A stretch of DNA of 64,000 bases, from assembly GCA_965214095.1 (NCBI GenBank), contig OZ243938.1:4608001-4672000 (forward strand), read 5' to 3'. The stretch comes from Candidatus Poribacteria bacterium (GTDB taxonomy: Bacteria > Poribacteria > WGA-4E > WGA-3G). Below the pieces are notes generated by a model. It did no database searches. It worked only from the letters and a program-made list of their open reading frames with translations, and was not told the DNA's origin. Below are positions 39,632 to 47,860 of the stretch, in pieces; the first letter of the stretch is position 1, and the number at the start of each line of letters is the position of its first letter. A program made the translations under genes and the position numbers.

Positions 39632-40297
39632 ATGTTCCAGTTTCTAACAAATTTGCGTTTCCTACGCACTTCTATTCTATCCCCTATGAACGATAACACA
39701 TCACAAGTTACTCATAAGAGACTTTCCACTTTCTATGCAAAGCATGGCAAATACCTCTTAGATTTTGTGGCAGCATTCTTGTTGATTCTTATCTTTTCAC
39801 CATTGATGATTCTCATTGCGATATTAATTAAACTATCCTCACGCGGTCCTATTTTCTTCTCACACAAACGGGTAGGTTTCAAGAACAAGTTATTTGTCAT
39901 TCTTAAGTTTAGAAGTCTTCATATTGATACGCCATCCTATTCAGAGAAACCTGATTCAAACGAAGATGTTCGTATCACATCTATTGGGAAATGGATTCGT
40001 AAAACAAGCTTAGATGAACTCCCACAATTGTTTAACGTCCTCAAAGGCGATATGAGTCTTGTCGGACCACGTCCTGAGATGCCTTTCCTAGCGGAGAAAT
40101 ACGAGGATTGGGAAAACCAGAGACATCTCGTGCGTCCAGGAATGACTGGCTTGTGGCAGTTGAGTCCACATCGACGCGGGGCAATCCGTGATGGTATTTC
40201 TGTGGATTTAGAGTACATTGAGAATCTATCGCTTTGGAATGATTTCAAAATATTGCTTCGGACGTTCAGAGTCTTTTGGGATGATAACACATATTAG
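39632..40297 (+). CDS. Priming (undecaprenyl-phosphate) sugar transferase, Bac_transf family
   Basis: KYLLD plus TM, GPIFF, KFRS, RKTSLDELPQLFNVLKGDMSLVGPRP, PGMTGLWQ, DLEYI. Confidence 0.93.
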   Translation: MFQFLTNLRFLRTSILSPMNDNTSQVTHKRLSTFYAKHGKYLLDFVAAFLLILIFSPLMILIAILIKLSSRGPIFFSHKRVGFKNKLFVILKFRSLHIDTPSYSEKPDSNEDVRITSIGKWIRKTSLDELPQLFNVLKGDMSLVGPRPEMPFLAEKYEDWENQRHLVRPGMTGLWQLSPHRRGAIRDGISVDLEYIENLSLWNDFKILLRTFRVFWDDNTY

Positions 40298-40311
40298 AAA
40301 ATAAAGAGTTA

Positions 40312-40698
40312 ATGTCAACTTTCATTAGATTGTCAATGAAGAACATATTTAAAAATCTCACGAAAGGCTTAAGGTGTGGATTTGGACTCAAATGTCCAAG
40401 ATGTAGTACAGGTTCACTCTTTGTCAAACGTTTCACAATGCATATTAATTGTCCCGAATGTAATTTGAAATTTGAACGTGAACAGGGTTATTTTATTGGT
40501 GCAATGTATATCAATTATGGTGCGACAGTGTTCTTGGTCTTTCCGGGCTATTTTGTCATTGACCTATTCAACTCTATTCCTTTCTTAGTCAATTTTTGTG
40601 TATGGGGTCTTGTTTCTGCTGTATTTCCAATCTTTTTCTACAGGTACTCAAAAAGTTTGTGGCTAAACATGGATTATATACTTAATCCAAATACGTAA
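40312..40698 (+). CDS. DUF983-family small membrane protein with Zn ribbon
   Basis: CPRC..G.LF...CPEC, EQGYFIGAMY, two TM segments, SKSLW. Confidence 0.75.
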   Translation: MSTFIRLSMKNIFKNLTKGLRCGFGLKCPRCSTGSLFVKRFTMHINCPECNLKFEREQGYFIGAMYINYGATVFLVFPGYFVIDLFNSIPFLVNFCVWGLVSAVFPIFFYRYSKSLWLNMDYILNPNT

Positions 40699-40715
40699 TA
40701 TCCAGTTTGATTCAC

Positions 40716-41468
40716 CTACCTCGTTGATATTAATCCGCGTATATACGATCCTTCCTCCGATGCAATAAATGTGAGAACTCTTGCAACTCCGACTGGATCA
40801 GCCAATGATTTCAAGGCATTTTCAACCGCTTTATCTGGGTCATTCCCATCGCGTCTGGCTGACTGTGCTATCTGACCCAATTTTAGAGGTGTTGCAAGTC
40901 CACCAGGACAAATTGTGTGCATACGTATGTTTAAACCTCCTACTTGATTTGCCACTGTCATGAGCAGACCATTAACACCGCCTTTACTTGAAGCATAGGC
41001 AACTGAGGAACTCCCACCGTGTATTCCAGCTCCAGATGCAATACAAAGGATTACACCTCCGCCAGTGTTTCCCATAATTGGAACAGCATGCTTGAGGGCA
41101 TAAAAAGTGCCTTTTAGGTTAACATCAATCACTGAGTCAAAAGTAGCAGCATCAAAATCTTCTATACGAACACTTGCACCTTCAAGTATTCCAGCACAAG
41201 TTACTAAAGTATCAATGCGACCGTAAGTATCTTCAGCACTTTTCATCAGATTTATAACATCGTCTTCAATAGATACATCAGTCTTGCAAAATAGTGCTTC
41301 TCCCCCTTTTTTCTGGATTAACTTTACTGTTTCTTGTCCGTCAAGTTCATTTATATCACCAATAACAATTTTACCACCAGAATCGGCATATTGAATTGCA
41401 GTAGCCGCTCCGATGCCAGTTGATCCGCCTGTAATTACTGCAACCTTATCGTTCAATTGAATGTTCAT
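40716..41468 (-). CDS. Short-chain dehydrogenase/reductase
   Basis: TGGSTGIG, DVS, CAGI, VNLKG, YASSK, ICPG. Confidence 0.92.
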   Translation of the reverse strand: MNIQLNDKVAVITGGSTGIGAATAIQYADSGGKIVIGDINELDGQETVKLIQKKGGEALFCKTDVSIEDDVINLMKSAEDTYGRIDTLVTCAGILEGASVRIEDFDAATFDSVIDVNLKGTFYALKHAVPIMGNTGGGVILCIASGAGIHGGSSSVAYASSKGGVNGLLMTVANQVGGLNIRMHTICPGGLATPLKLGQIAQSARRDGNDPDKAVENALKSLADPVGVARVLTFIASEEGSYIRGLISTR

Positions 41469-41615
41469 ATTATCTTCTCCATTATGTTAGGATATGGAAA
41501 AGTATAGACTTAATCGGATTACAAGACAAGTACTATTGCATAGTTGTTTCTAACGTTGTAAATAGTATTATTGGATAACTCTGTTGTATTTACGTAATTC
41601 ATAGTCCCTCTTACA

Positions 41616-41734
41616 TTACACCATTTCTAATAGAGAACGCTGCATTTTTGTAGCACAAACTGGCAGTTTGTGCCATCCTACAAGACATTCTTAACAAATT
41701 GTTAATGGGATAAACATTTATAGAAATGGTATTA
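41616..41734. repeat. TIR-bounded element (..accatttcta / tagaaatggt..) enclosing a GTAG-REP hairpin
   Basis: TIRs at 41616-41629 and 41721-41734; gtagcacaaactg-gcagtttgtgc at 41650-41673. Confidence 0.65.
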
Positions 41735-41797
41735 CTAGATATAGATTTGAATATGCAATTGTGAAATATGTTACATTAGTTGTAGGCTTGATTATAG

Positions 41798-43450
41798 TTA
41801 TTTCACACGGATAATTCTGCGTCCAGTGAATGTTTGACCGAACATATCAGTTGTTCGGACATAGATGATATGTGTTCCTTTTTGACTATTCTCAGGAAGT
41901 TTGGCTTGCCATATATGATATGATTTTGGAACTCCATAATTTAGCCGTTTTCCTCTTTTTGGCAGTTCTGTATCCTCTTTCATAAGTAGTTTCATCGTAT
42001 CTCTAACAGTGGTATGGAGTTTCCGTTCAATGTGGTATGCTTCGTCACGTTCCTTGAGTGCTTTGAAAAATGGATCTTTCTGAGGCAAGTAGGTCATTTC
42101 TTTCCATTGACCGTTTTGTCCTAATCGCATTTCAACCATTGAGCGTTTATTTCCACCAAATACATTGACGAGTACATCTGTATTAGCAGTTTCTGATTGT
42201 GTCACTTCCCACGGTGACCAAATATTCATCTGATAATCTGCAGGTCGTCGTGCTGCTTTAAACCGAATTGAATATTGATTGCCGCTGAATGTAAAGATAC
42301 CGTAACCGTTCGGTGCACCGTCTCGCATGGTGGTGTGTGGAATTCCGATTTCATCAAGTGTCCCCTGCCACCAACTACCTGATGTGGTTGCATGATTGTG
42401 GTGGTGATGTTTCTCATTGCCTTCCCATCCGTGCTTTTGTCCAATGAAGTCATCTCTTTGGATATGTGTATGAGCAGATAGTGATAAAGTATGCGGATGA
42501 TCATTGAGTAGTTCCATTAATTTCTTCACATCCTGTATCTCGGTCAACGGAATATGCATGGATAAAACAACGAGTTGATCTTTCGGTACAAAAGCTAAGT
42601 CATTTCGGATGAACGTCAACTGTTGTTCTCCCACCTCGCTTTTGTAAGGTGGATTATCTTCCTTATCAGGGAGGAAGCGAACATTATCAATGTTGATGAA
42701 ATGGACAGGTCCCCAATCATAAGAATAACAGGTGGGACCATAAACGCGTTCAAAAGTTTCGTCAGCGTAACGGTCATCAGTTGCAAGACGATTCATATCA
42801 TGGTTGCCGTAGACATTATACCATGGTATACCTATAGTAGAGATAACTTCGTTGAGAGGTGTGAATAAGTTTAAATTGTCTCCTACCAGATCACCAAGGC
42901 TGAGACCGAATACTGCATCGGTACCGATAACTTCTTCAATAACATCATGTGCTAACCACTCAATTTCTTGCATATTACGAGGTTGCGTATCCCCGAAAAC
43001 GAGCACCTTGAAGGTGTCAGGTTCGGTTTGTTCGTAGAGAGGAAAATCAATTGACACAGGTATGGGACCGGTTGGCGCGATGCCAGGATATTTCAATCCT
43101 TCCGGTGAACCGTTCGGTTTGTGAATGTAATAGAATTTAGGGAGACGATTTTCATCAACTGGTGTCATATATCCACGTGGTTTAATTACAAATATAATGG
43201 TGTCATCATTGACTGAAAGCGAATACTTGCCGTTGTCATCGGTTTGGACAACATCATGTCCATTAGAAACACGAACCCCTTGCAACTCCTTCTCATTGTT
43301 ATCCTTGATCTGATTCTTGTTTGTATCCAGATAAACAGTTCCAGTAGCTGATGCGATGTGAGCGTCAACACTGTTTACAATACAACAAGACAGTAAGATA
43401 ATTAATAAAACTGTGAATTTATATTGTTTGGAAATCATAGTTATCTCCAT
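41798..43450 (-). CDS. Secreted calcineurin-like metallophosphoesterase (MetallophosN/C architecture)
   Basis: Signal peptide; GV.VSNG, GDTQ, GDLV, GNHD, MHIP, AHTH, SGSWW, DGAPNGY. The start may be ATG 43438. Confidence 0.88.
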   Translation of the reverse strand: MEITMISKQYKFTVLLIILLSCCIVNSVDAHIASATGTVYLDTNKNQIKDNNEKELQGVRVSNGHDVVQTDDNGKYSLSVNDDTIIFVIKPRGYMTPVDENRLPKFYYIHKPNGSPEGLKYPGIAPTGPIPVSIDFPLYEQTEPDTFKVLVFGDTQPRNMQEIEWLAHDVIEEVIGTDAVFGLSLGDLVGDNLNLFTPLNEVISTIGIPWYNVYGNHDMNRLATDDRYADETFERVYGPTCYSYDWGPVHFINIDNVRFLPDKEDNPPYKSEVGEQQLTFIRNDLAFVPKDQLVVLSMHIPLTEIQDVKKLMELLNDHPHTLSLSAHTHIQRDDFIGQKHGWEGNEKHHHHNHATTSGSWWQGTLDEIGIPHTTMRDGAPNGYGIFTFSGNQYSIRFKAARRPADYQMNIWSPWEVTQSETANTDVLVNVFGGNKRSMVEMRLGQNGQWKEMTYLPQKDPFFKALKERDEAYHIERKLHTTVRDTMKLLMKEDTELPKRGKRLNYGVPKSYHIWQAKLPENSQKGTHIIYVRTTDMFGQTFTGRRIIRVK

Positions 43451-43460
43451 GGTAAAGGTG

Positions 43461-44411
43461 TTATTCTAATCCCCACTCATGACGAAGTTCTGCCATCGGT
43501 TTGTAACTCACACCTTTGTTGTAAAAGTTGCCTAACCAACTCCCATCTTCACGGAAAAAGAAACGGTCATCCTTCTCATCGGATGCAAGTTGATATCGTG
43601 TGTCAATGCTGATGCGGTAGCGATTAGAACGGTTGGGAGCACTGCTATGCATCATGTAAAATCCGAAAATAATTACATCACCGGGATTGAAGTGTGCTGT
43701 TGCCAATGTGAATCCGAATTTATCAACCATCTCGCGTGGATTAGTGCTAAACACTGCATCTGTCAAATCTCTGTCCATATCAGTCGCGCCGTATGTAGAT
43801 TTTAACCTATCATGTTGATGGGAACCGAGACATAAGACAAGTGGTCCATTTTCCAATCCGATGTCAGTCAATGCGCTCCACATCGTGTAACGGTTTTGTG
43901 TGCCGCGGCCAACATAAACGCTATCGTAGTGAAAATGGTTATGTCCACCTTTTGCCATACACCGCAGCCATCGTTTATCAAAAGTGATGATAGGACCACC
44001 GAGGAATTCTTCGTAGAACTTCATAGTTAGCTGGCTATCCACAACATCAAGAATCGGTTTTGCGTGAGCGACCTCGGTTTGACGAAAGAAACTAAATGTC
44101 TGATTTCTTTCTCCGATGATACCATCTTCAATCTTCGTATCAGGTTGTAACCCACCACGTTGTGCAATGTTCTGTAATGTCCAATGTGCAGCTTTCTCTG
44201 CATCAGTCCTTGGATGGAATCCTCGGATAAAGAGATAACCATCTTCTTTCATCTTTTTGTGTAACGCGTTGAAATCATTGAGAAGTAGGGAAGAATCAGA
44301 CAATTCAACGATTTCTTTTCCAAAATAAAACCGGTTTTCACCGAAGTCAAAGGGTGTTCCTATTTGGATTCTCTTTAGTTTTTTCATTGTCATAGTTTTC
44401 TTGATGATCAA
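43461..44411 (-). CDS. Phytanoyl-CoA dioxygenase (PhyH)-family Fe(II)/2OG oxygenase
   Basis: DGYLFIRG, HYD (HxD), W..L.D, GPL...GSH, PGDV, MHSS..N, RISIDTRY. Confidence 0.88.
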   Translation of the reverse strand: MIIKKTMTMKKLKRIQIGTPFDFGENRFYFGKEIVELSDSSLLLNDFNALHKKMKEDGYLFIRGFHPRTDAEKAAHWTLQNIAQRGGLQPDTKIEDGIIGERNQTFSFFRQTEVAHAKPILDVVDSQLTMKFYEEFLGGPIITFDKRWLRCMAKGGHNHFHYDSVYVGRGTQNRYTMWSALTDIGLENGPLVLCLGSHQHDRLKSTYGATDMDRDLTDAVFSTNPREMVDKFGFTLATAHFNPGDVIIFGFYMMHSSAPNRSNRYRISIDTRYQLASDEKDDRFFFREDGSWLGNFYNKGVSYKPMAELRHEWGLE

Positions 44412-44423
44412 AAGTATCTGGAC

Positions 44424-45227
44424 TCAATCATAATTACTTGGTCGATGATCCCCAAGCAACCTTCTCTGTCGTGGGTTAGCAAGGTCAAGAATCGATTCAT
44501 CAAACTGAAACTTATTCAAGTAGGGAGGGTATTTCTGTGTAATCATCCGTTGAGCAAAATGTACCTGTAGGAGGTAACGGACTTCGTTGCTGGTATTTGC
44601 TGAACCACGATGCCAAACTTCACTGCGGAAAAGCACCACATCCCCTGCATTGCATAAGATACTCTCCTCACCACGTTCATTCCACTTAGTCTGTCCATCT
44701 GGAGAACATCCGGAGAAATGACTACCCGGGACAAATTTTGTCGGTCCTAATTCCTCATACATATCATTGAGATAGTAATGTGCTGTTGTAATGAAGATTG
44801 GAACTTTGACGCGTGGATCGGAACGAACATCTGTGGGTAATCTAATGGGCAGCCAATCTGTATGTAACCCCTGATCTGGTCGTCCAGGACCCGTGATCCA
44901 TGATTGCATACCGATACAATGACAATCTCCACCATGCGTTGCTTCTGCTACTTCAAGAATCGGTGATTTGTCAAGGAATTGGAGATAGAGTGGATCACGA
45001 TTAAATGAGTTGTTTATGATTTTGTTAAGGAAACCACCACCATTGTCTGGTGTTTGGTGCTTATCATAGCATTCGGGGATGGTTTCTAAACGATCCATCG
45101 TATCTCGCAATATGGTGATTTCATCCTTATTTAGTACATTGGGAAAATAGACATAACCATCTCTTTCCAGTGCTTCAACTTGACTTTCTAAATCATTGTA
45201 GGCGACAAGTGAGAGTTCTTTTGCCAT
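44424..45227 (-). CDS. PhyH-family dioxygenase, copy 1 of a duplicated pair
   Basis: RDGYV, LHTD, GPTKFVPGSH, AGDVVLF, WHRG..N.S...R. Confidence 0.9.
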   Translation of the reverse strand: MAKELSLVAYNDLESQVEALERDGYVYFPNVLNKDEITILRDTMDRLETIPECYDKHQTPDNGGGFLNKIINNSFNRDPLYLQFLDKSPILEVAEATHGGDCHCIGMQSWITGPGRPDQGLHTDWLPIRLPTDVRSDPRVKVPIFITTAHYYLNDMYEELGPTKFVPGSHFSGCSPDGQTKWNERGEESILCNAGDVVLFRSEVWHRGSANTSNEVRYLLQVHFAQRMITQKYPPYLNKFQFDESILDLANPRQRRLLGDHRPSNYD

Positions 45228-45249
45228 TTAAGTTTTCCTTTTTGCTTAT

Positions 45250-45352
45250 ATAGTAGATTTTGAAATTACTTGAACACTCTACACCGGCGAGGTTAGGAAA
45301 CCTCGCCTACCGTCGGATGAAAGTGTAAATATAATTTTATACTTCACCATAG
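45250..45352. repeat. MITE-like element enclosing a GTAG-REP hairpin (copy of 23981-24083)
   Basis: Identical 31-nt left end and identical 27-nt REP; lies about 20 bp upstream of the PhyH start. Confidence 0.85.
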
Positions 45353-45433
45353 TAATTTAAGGTGTCCTGCTGTCTGTCCACGCCCCGAATCCAGCATGAC
45401 ATCCTTGAAAAAGTAAAGTAAGGACTATTGCAT

Positions 45434-46009
45434 TTATTCTGATAATTCAATTACACCGCAACCGATACGCATGCCCGCAGCACCAGAAGGTTGTGAGGTG
45501 AAGTCGTCAGCATCAGCATGGACAATAATACTCTTACCTACAACATCAATGTCTGAACCTGTGCCAATTTCCCAGAGATCAGTGGTTAAGGAAATGCTAC
45601 CTGTTCCATCTTCTCCGACGTTAATATTCCCGATGTCTCCCAAATGAAACTCACCTTCTCCCCATTTTCCGTGTGCAACACTTGTGGGATTCCAATGACC
45701 ACCAGCGGATGTGCCATCGGGTGCACTGCAATCGCCGTATTCGTGTATATGAACGGCGTGAAGACCGAGGGTTGCACCTTGAATATCAATCATGAGCGTG
45801 ATTTGGTCGCCGTTTTGCGTGAAAACTGCTTCTCCGGTTATTCCACTGTCGTTTGATGAACCAATCACGGCTTTTGCCTGTTTTTCAGGTGCGGTTGGAA
45901 TAATTCCTGTCTGCTGTTGCATTCTCTCACACCCGATTAACGTGATAGAAATACTAATCAATAGTAGAAATATGGCTTTTACAATGATAAAGTCTTGCTT
46001 ATTTCTCAT
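45434..46009 (-). CDS. sodC: Cu/Zn superoxide dismutase, probable lipoprotein
   Basis: SD aaggag before ATG 46009; LIGC lipobox; HAVHIHE, SAGGHWNP, HG, HLGDIGN, IVHA..DD, QPSG.AG.RIGCGVI. Confidence 0.92.
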   Translation of the reverse strand: MRNKQDFIIVKAIFLLLISISITLIGCERMQQQTGIIPTAPEKQAKAVIGSSNDSGITGEAVFTQNGDQITLMIDIQGATLGLHAVHIHEYGDCSAPDGTSAGGHWNPTSVAHGKWGEGEFHLGDIGNINVGEDGTGSISLTTDLWEIGTGSDIDVVGKSIIVHADADDFTSQPSGAAGMRIGCGVIELSE

Positions 46010-46085
46010 TAGAAACTCCTTTGAACGATATTGTAATGTTAAATTGGTTTGATGATTGATATTATACAACGTTACCCTAAATTCA

Positions 46086-46889
46086 TCAATCATAGTTACT
46101 TGGTTGATGATCCCCAAGCAACCGTTTCTGTCGTGGGTTAGCAAGGTCGAGAATCGATTGATCAAACTGGAATTTATTCAGATAGGGTGGGTATTTCTGT
46201 GTAATCATACGCATTGCATAGTGCACTTGCATGAGGTAACGGACCTCGTTACTGGTATTGGCAGTCCCACGATGCCAAACTTCACTGCGGAATAGCACAA
46301 CATCTCCTGCATTACATAAGATGCTCTCTTCACCTCGGTTATTCCACTCTGTTGCTCCATTTGGAGTGCAACCAGAGAAGTGACTTCCCGGTACAAACTT
46401 CGTCGGTCCCAATTCTTCATACATGTCGTTGAGATAGTAATGTGCTGTGGTGATGAAGATTGGAATTTTGATGCGTGAATCGGAACGAATTTCTGATGGT
46501 AGACTGATTGGCAACCAATCGGTATGTAACCCTTGATCAGGTCGTCCCGGTCCTGTCAGCCACGAATGCATTCCGATACAGTGGCAATCACCGCCGTGCA
46601 CAGACTCAACAACTTCAATCACAGGTGATTTATCAAGATATTGAAGATATAGTGAGTCACGATTAAAGGAATTGCTGATGAGTTTGTGGAGGAATGCATC
46701 ACCTTTTTCAACCGTTTCGTCACGGTCATGTGACTCTGGCATTGCTTGCAATCTATCCATTGTCGCACGCAATTCAGCGATTTCATCTGAATCAAGTACA
46801 CTTGGGAAATAGACATAACCATCCCGTTCAAGTGCTTCAACTTGGCTGTCTAAATCGTTGTAGGCGACAAGTGATAGTTCTTTCGGCAT
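46086..46889 (-). CDS. PhyH-family dioxygenase, copy 2 of the duplicated pair
   Basis: Close paralog of 44424-45227 (KELSLVAYNDL..QVEALERDGYV, LHTDW, WHRG); SD aaggag before ATG 46889. Confidence 0.9.
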   Translation of the reverse strand: MPKELSLVAYNDLDSQVEALERDGYVYFPSVLDSDEIAELRATMDRLQAMPESHDRDETVEKGDAFLHKLISNSFNRDSLYLQYLDKSPVIEVVESVHGGDCHCIGMHSWLTGPGRPDQGLHTDWLPISLPSEIRSDSRIKIPIFITTAHYYLNDMYEELGPTKFVPGSHFSGCTPNGATEWNNRGEESILCNAGDVVLFRSEVWHRGTANTSNEVRYLMQVHYAMRMITQKYPPYLNKFQFDQSILDLANPRQKRLLGDHQPSNYD

Positions 46890-46920
46890 ATTCGGTACTC
46901 CTTTCATACGGCAGACACTA

Positions 46921-47691
46921 TCAGCGAGTCCGCTTCAACCATGCCCATGTCGTAGTGAGTTTGTCTGTAACGTCTATAGAGAGGGGTTCAAGTTTCAGTT
47001 GGTTTGTCACATCAACATATACCGGTTTACCAAAGCCAATTTCACCATCATTTTTATTTTTTGTGCTATCTTTGGCATCACTATTATCAAAGCTATAGTG
47101 TGCGTTTAAGCCGTCCTCATCTCCATTTAGAATTTTCATCATGAATCTGTTGATTTCTACTTCAGTCCGTGTGACTTCCCATATACGGATTTCGTCAATA
47201 AGTCCTTGACAGAACCACTTTATACTGTCTCCCACACCGATATATAGACTCGCATCGGTGGCCGCTAACTCTGGTACATCATAGGGGATACTTCCCATTT
47301 TCTTACCATTAATATAGGTTCGCATCTCTTTTCCATCCCAGACACCAGCCACATGCTGCCATTCATTAAGCTTAAAGCCTTGAACATCAAGGATTTTCGT
47401 ACCTGGCCAGAGTACAAATCGCAATCCTGTTCCATTTTGGATAATCTCTGGAAAAATATAATCCCTTTTGCCTCCCCAATCCTTGGCAAGACATTCACCA
47501 ACTGTCTTTTCCATGTTCATCCATGCCTCTATTGTTATGGCTTTTATGGGATTGATGCTATCACTATTAGGTACTTCTAAGGCTGTGGATCCATCTAATT
47601 CAAGTGCTAAGTTTTTTGCTGAAGATATACTGTGTATTGTGAGACATATTGCAATTAGCCATAATAGGAATCGTATATTCAGACTTCTCAT
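46921..47691 (-). CDS. Secreted LamG/ConA-like jelly-roll protein
   Basis: Signal peptide; ITIEAW, WQHVAGVWDG, YING, GLIDEIRIW; C-terminal DKLTTTWAWLK. Confidence 0.88.
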   Translation of the reverse strand: MRSLNIRFLLWLIAICLTIHSISSAKNLALELDGSTALEVPNSDSINPIKAITIEAWMNMEKTVGECLAKDWGGKRDYIFPEIIQNGTGLRFVLWPGTKILDVQGFKLNEWQHVAGVWDGKEMRTYINGKKMGSIPYDVPELAATDASLYIGVGDSIKWFCQGLIDEIRIWEVTRTEVEINRFMMKILNGDEDGLNAHYSFDNSDAKDSTKNKNDGEIGFGKPVYVDVTNQLKLEPLSIDVTDKLTTTWAWLKRTR

Positions 47692-47860
47692 TGCTTCTCT
47701 CCTTTGATAACTACGGGTCAATGTTTAACACTATGCTACGTTAACTTTGAGGAAGTTGTCAACATATTTATTGACTCTCAACGGAAATTGCAATCCTGTA
47801 CAGTTGGCAAAAATTGATGGTTGAATACCTATTGATGAATGTTCTCCTGTTAAAGTCATT

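Noticed and set aside
46010-46165. Extended SOD N-terminus overlapping PhyH
   Set aside because: The SD and lipoprotein signal support ATG 46009.
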